This document shows positions 62,296 to 64,000 of a DNA stretch of 64,000 bases, piece by piece. The stretch's first letter is position 1; each line of letters starts with the position of its first letter. The stretch covers positions 868,001 through 932,000 of the forward strand of contig CP145413.1 of NCBI GenBank assembly GCA_036867785.1, read 5' to 3'. The DNA comes from Plasmodiophora brassicae (taxonomy: Eukaryota). The translations under genes were made by a program, and so were the position numbers. A model generated the notes under the pieces. The model did not search any database. It worked only from the letters and a program-made list of their open reading frames with translations, and had not been told where the DNA came from.

Positions 62296-62545
62296 GCCGC
62301 GCCCCGCGCCGTTCGGCACTGCGCAAACGGGTCAAGTGGCGGAGACCGGCCGAGAGCTACCCACACCTGCGCGACTGGGCCGCTGTGGGAACAGGCGCGG
62401 CAGCCACGACTGTACGAACTGCAGCCTGCAGCGCGCACAACTGCATCGGGATAGACATATTTGCGGGATATGCATATGTAGTGTTTATGGACATTATGTC
62501 TATTCGTCGAATCGATAATTACAGAGATGCCAGCGGCTGGGTCGG

Positions 62546-63967
62546 TCAGTCCACAAAGGACACGCCGCTGGGATAGAACGGGACGCTGTCGAGCCTCGGG
62601 AAGGCGGTCAACCAGTTGGCCAGCGCGTTCATGGCGACGACGGCGATCGCGAACAGGACGCCGGCGACCGAGTACTCGATGAACCCGGCGGCGGCGTTGC
62701 CCGGGTACGTGTGCCGCCACCTGCTGGCGTCGCCGAGTTGCGCCGGAGGCACACTGAACCCGAACAGCCGCCTGCCTAGGAAATGCCCGAGAACGGCAAC
62801 CGGCATCGCGGTCGTCAGCGCGAACGGGACCCGCAAGTCCATCTGCCTGGTCGGCCGGCCGGATGCATGCGGCCGTGTCACCAGGTACAGCGCCTGGGCA
62901 GCAGCAACCAGGCCGAGGGCGGTTTCTTTCGACAGCCGCAGGTTGAGTCGGGAGAGGGATCGCGTGAGTGCTGATCCGGTGCGGGGAGTCGGAAGGGTTC
63001 CTGCATCTCCACCGCATGACGAGTCGCCTCGTTGTACACGATCGTCGACCGGAACGGATAGTGCAGGCCGGGAAGGCGACGGCTCATCGTTTGTCGTTAA
63101 CGACCCGGTACCTGGATCAGGACCACCGTCCTCGGCGCTCGTTGCCACCGGAGGATGCCGAGCATATCTGACAGTACAGCCTTCGTCCGGCCATTGGCTC
63201 CCTGTTCGTACCGTTGGCGACACCTTGGTAGAGCACTGGGACGGATCCCTGCGAACGCGGCTGACGATACGATCGTCCTTCTTCTGCTTGCATTCGTCGT
63301 CTCCGTCGTAACCCGAGGTAATGGAAGGACGCAGCTGTGGCGTCATGGTGCCTTGATGTCGGTCAGGCGTGTACCGGTGATCCAGTGATGTTTGTGATGG
63401 TTGAAGGCGGCCATCGGCGGAACAGGGACGCACCGTCACCTCGTCCATGCACTCTTGGAATTCAGGTGTTACGGGGCCCCTCACTGCGAACGTGCGGGAC
63501 CGATGAAGCGCCACGTGTGCCGCCGGTCTACGAACTTCAGGCTCGCCTTCGGGTTCGCCTTCGGGTCCGCTGGCGGCCTCAGCGTCGGTTTCAGGTTCAA
63601 CGTCGGCAAATACACCGCTCGAAAGCGACGGCCTGGGATCCAAATGCAAATCGGCCAGACCGTCCGCCATCTCGACGCCGTTGTCGTCATCGGCATCCTT
63701 GGGACGCATCCTCTGTGGGTACGAAAAGCTGCCCGCTGAGTGCAACGTGGGAAAGTCGGACATGTCGCTGGACGACCGATAGGTCGATACTGCTCCAAGC
63801 TCGATCCCTAGGCCCTTCAAGTGTTCACCTCCATTGGCGTCCGGTTCACGCTGTTCGTCGGCAAACTCGATATCGGAGAGCAGGTCGACATCGCTAACAG
63901 ACGTGCACGTCGACGCTGCATCGCCATTGTGGAATATCGTCGAATCCTCACCCACGACCTCGTCCAT
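62546..63967 (-). CDS. Hypothetical protein with a long acidic/Ser-rich N-terminus and about 3 C-terminal hydrophobic helices
   Basis: 473-aa ORF with coding-like composition. No family recognised, and the true start could lie beyond the window. Confidence 0.65.
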   Translation of the reverse strand: MDEVVGEDSTIFHNGDAASTCTSVSDVDLLSDIEFADEQREPDANGGEHLKGLGIELGAVSTYRSSSDMSDFPTLHSAGSFSYPQRMRPKDADDDNGVEMADGLADLHLDPRPSLSSGVFADVEPETDAEAASGPEGEPEGEPEVRRPAAHVALHRSRTFAVRGPVTPEFQECMDEVTVRPCSADGRLQPSQTSLDHRYTPDRHQGTMTPQLRPSITSGYDGDDECKQKKDDRIVSRVRRDPSQCSTKVSPTVRTGSQWPDEGCTVRYARHPPVATSAEDGGPDPGTGSLTTNDEPSPSRPALSVPVDDRVQRGDSSCGGDAGTLPTPRTGSALTRSLSRLNLRLSKETALGLVAAAQALYLVTRPHASGRPTRQMDLRVPFALTTAMPVAVLGHFLGRRLFGFSVPPAQLGDASRWRHTYPGNAAAGFIEYSVAGVLFAIAVVAMNALANWLTAFPRLDSVPFYPSGVSFVD

Positions 63968-64000
63968 GGAACGATGGCGGGGAAGGCCATCCCTGTGTGA

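Noticed and set aside
635-63967. Fragmented ORFs suggesting frameshifts, pseudogenes or an alternative genetic code
   Set aside because: The breaks I traced resolve with canonical short GT-AG introns, and the standard code gives intact conserved motifs.

Overview
Compact, GC-rich eukaryotic genomic DNA with many short (about 50-70 nt) GT-AG introns carrying CTGAC/CTAAC branch points. The gene content (IFT dynein, CFAP221) indicates a flagellated protist. Composition and compactness fit a plasmodiophorid such as Plasmodiophora, which is inference. About 21 protein-coding genes can be reconstructed: a secreted Gly/His-rich protein (runs off the left edge), DYNC2H1, CPSF2, DUF1907, an OSCA/TMEM63 channel, OFCC1-like, an amino-acid transporter, ThrRS, two TmcB/C-like PAS membrane proteins, CFAP221, WDR75, a secreted LRR protein, a TRF2/HOY1 PH-like protein, HAUS1, a Cps1-like GT2 synthase, ALDH7A1, TAF1A-like, ALG6, GLE1 and an orphan membrane protein. 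The best candidate for a new system is the second TmcB-like PAS protein, which appears to splice in frame into a complete TauE/SafE (TSUP)-type transporter domain, giving a possible sensor-transporter fusion. Other highlights are an LRR gene built one repeat per phase-2 exon, a recurrent AATACA motif next to stop codons, and a 42-bp head-to-head gap. No rRNA, tRNA, CRISPR array or recognisable transposon was seen. All family calls come from recalled motifs, not database searches.
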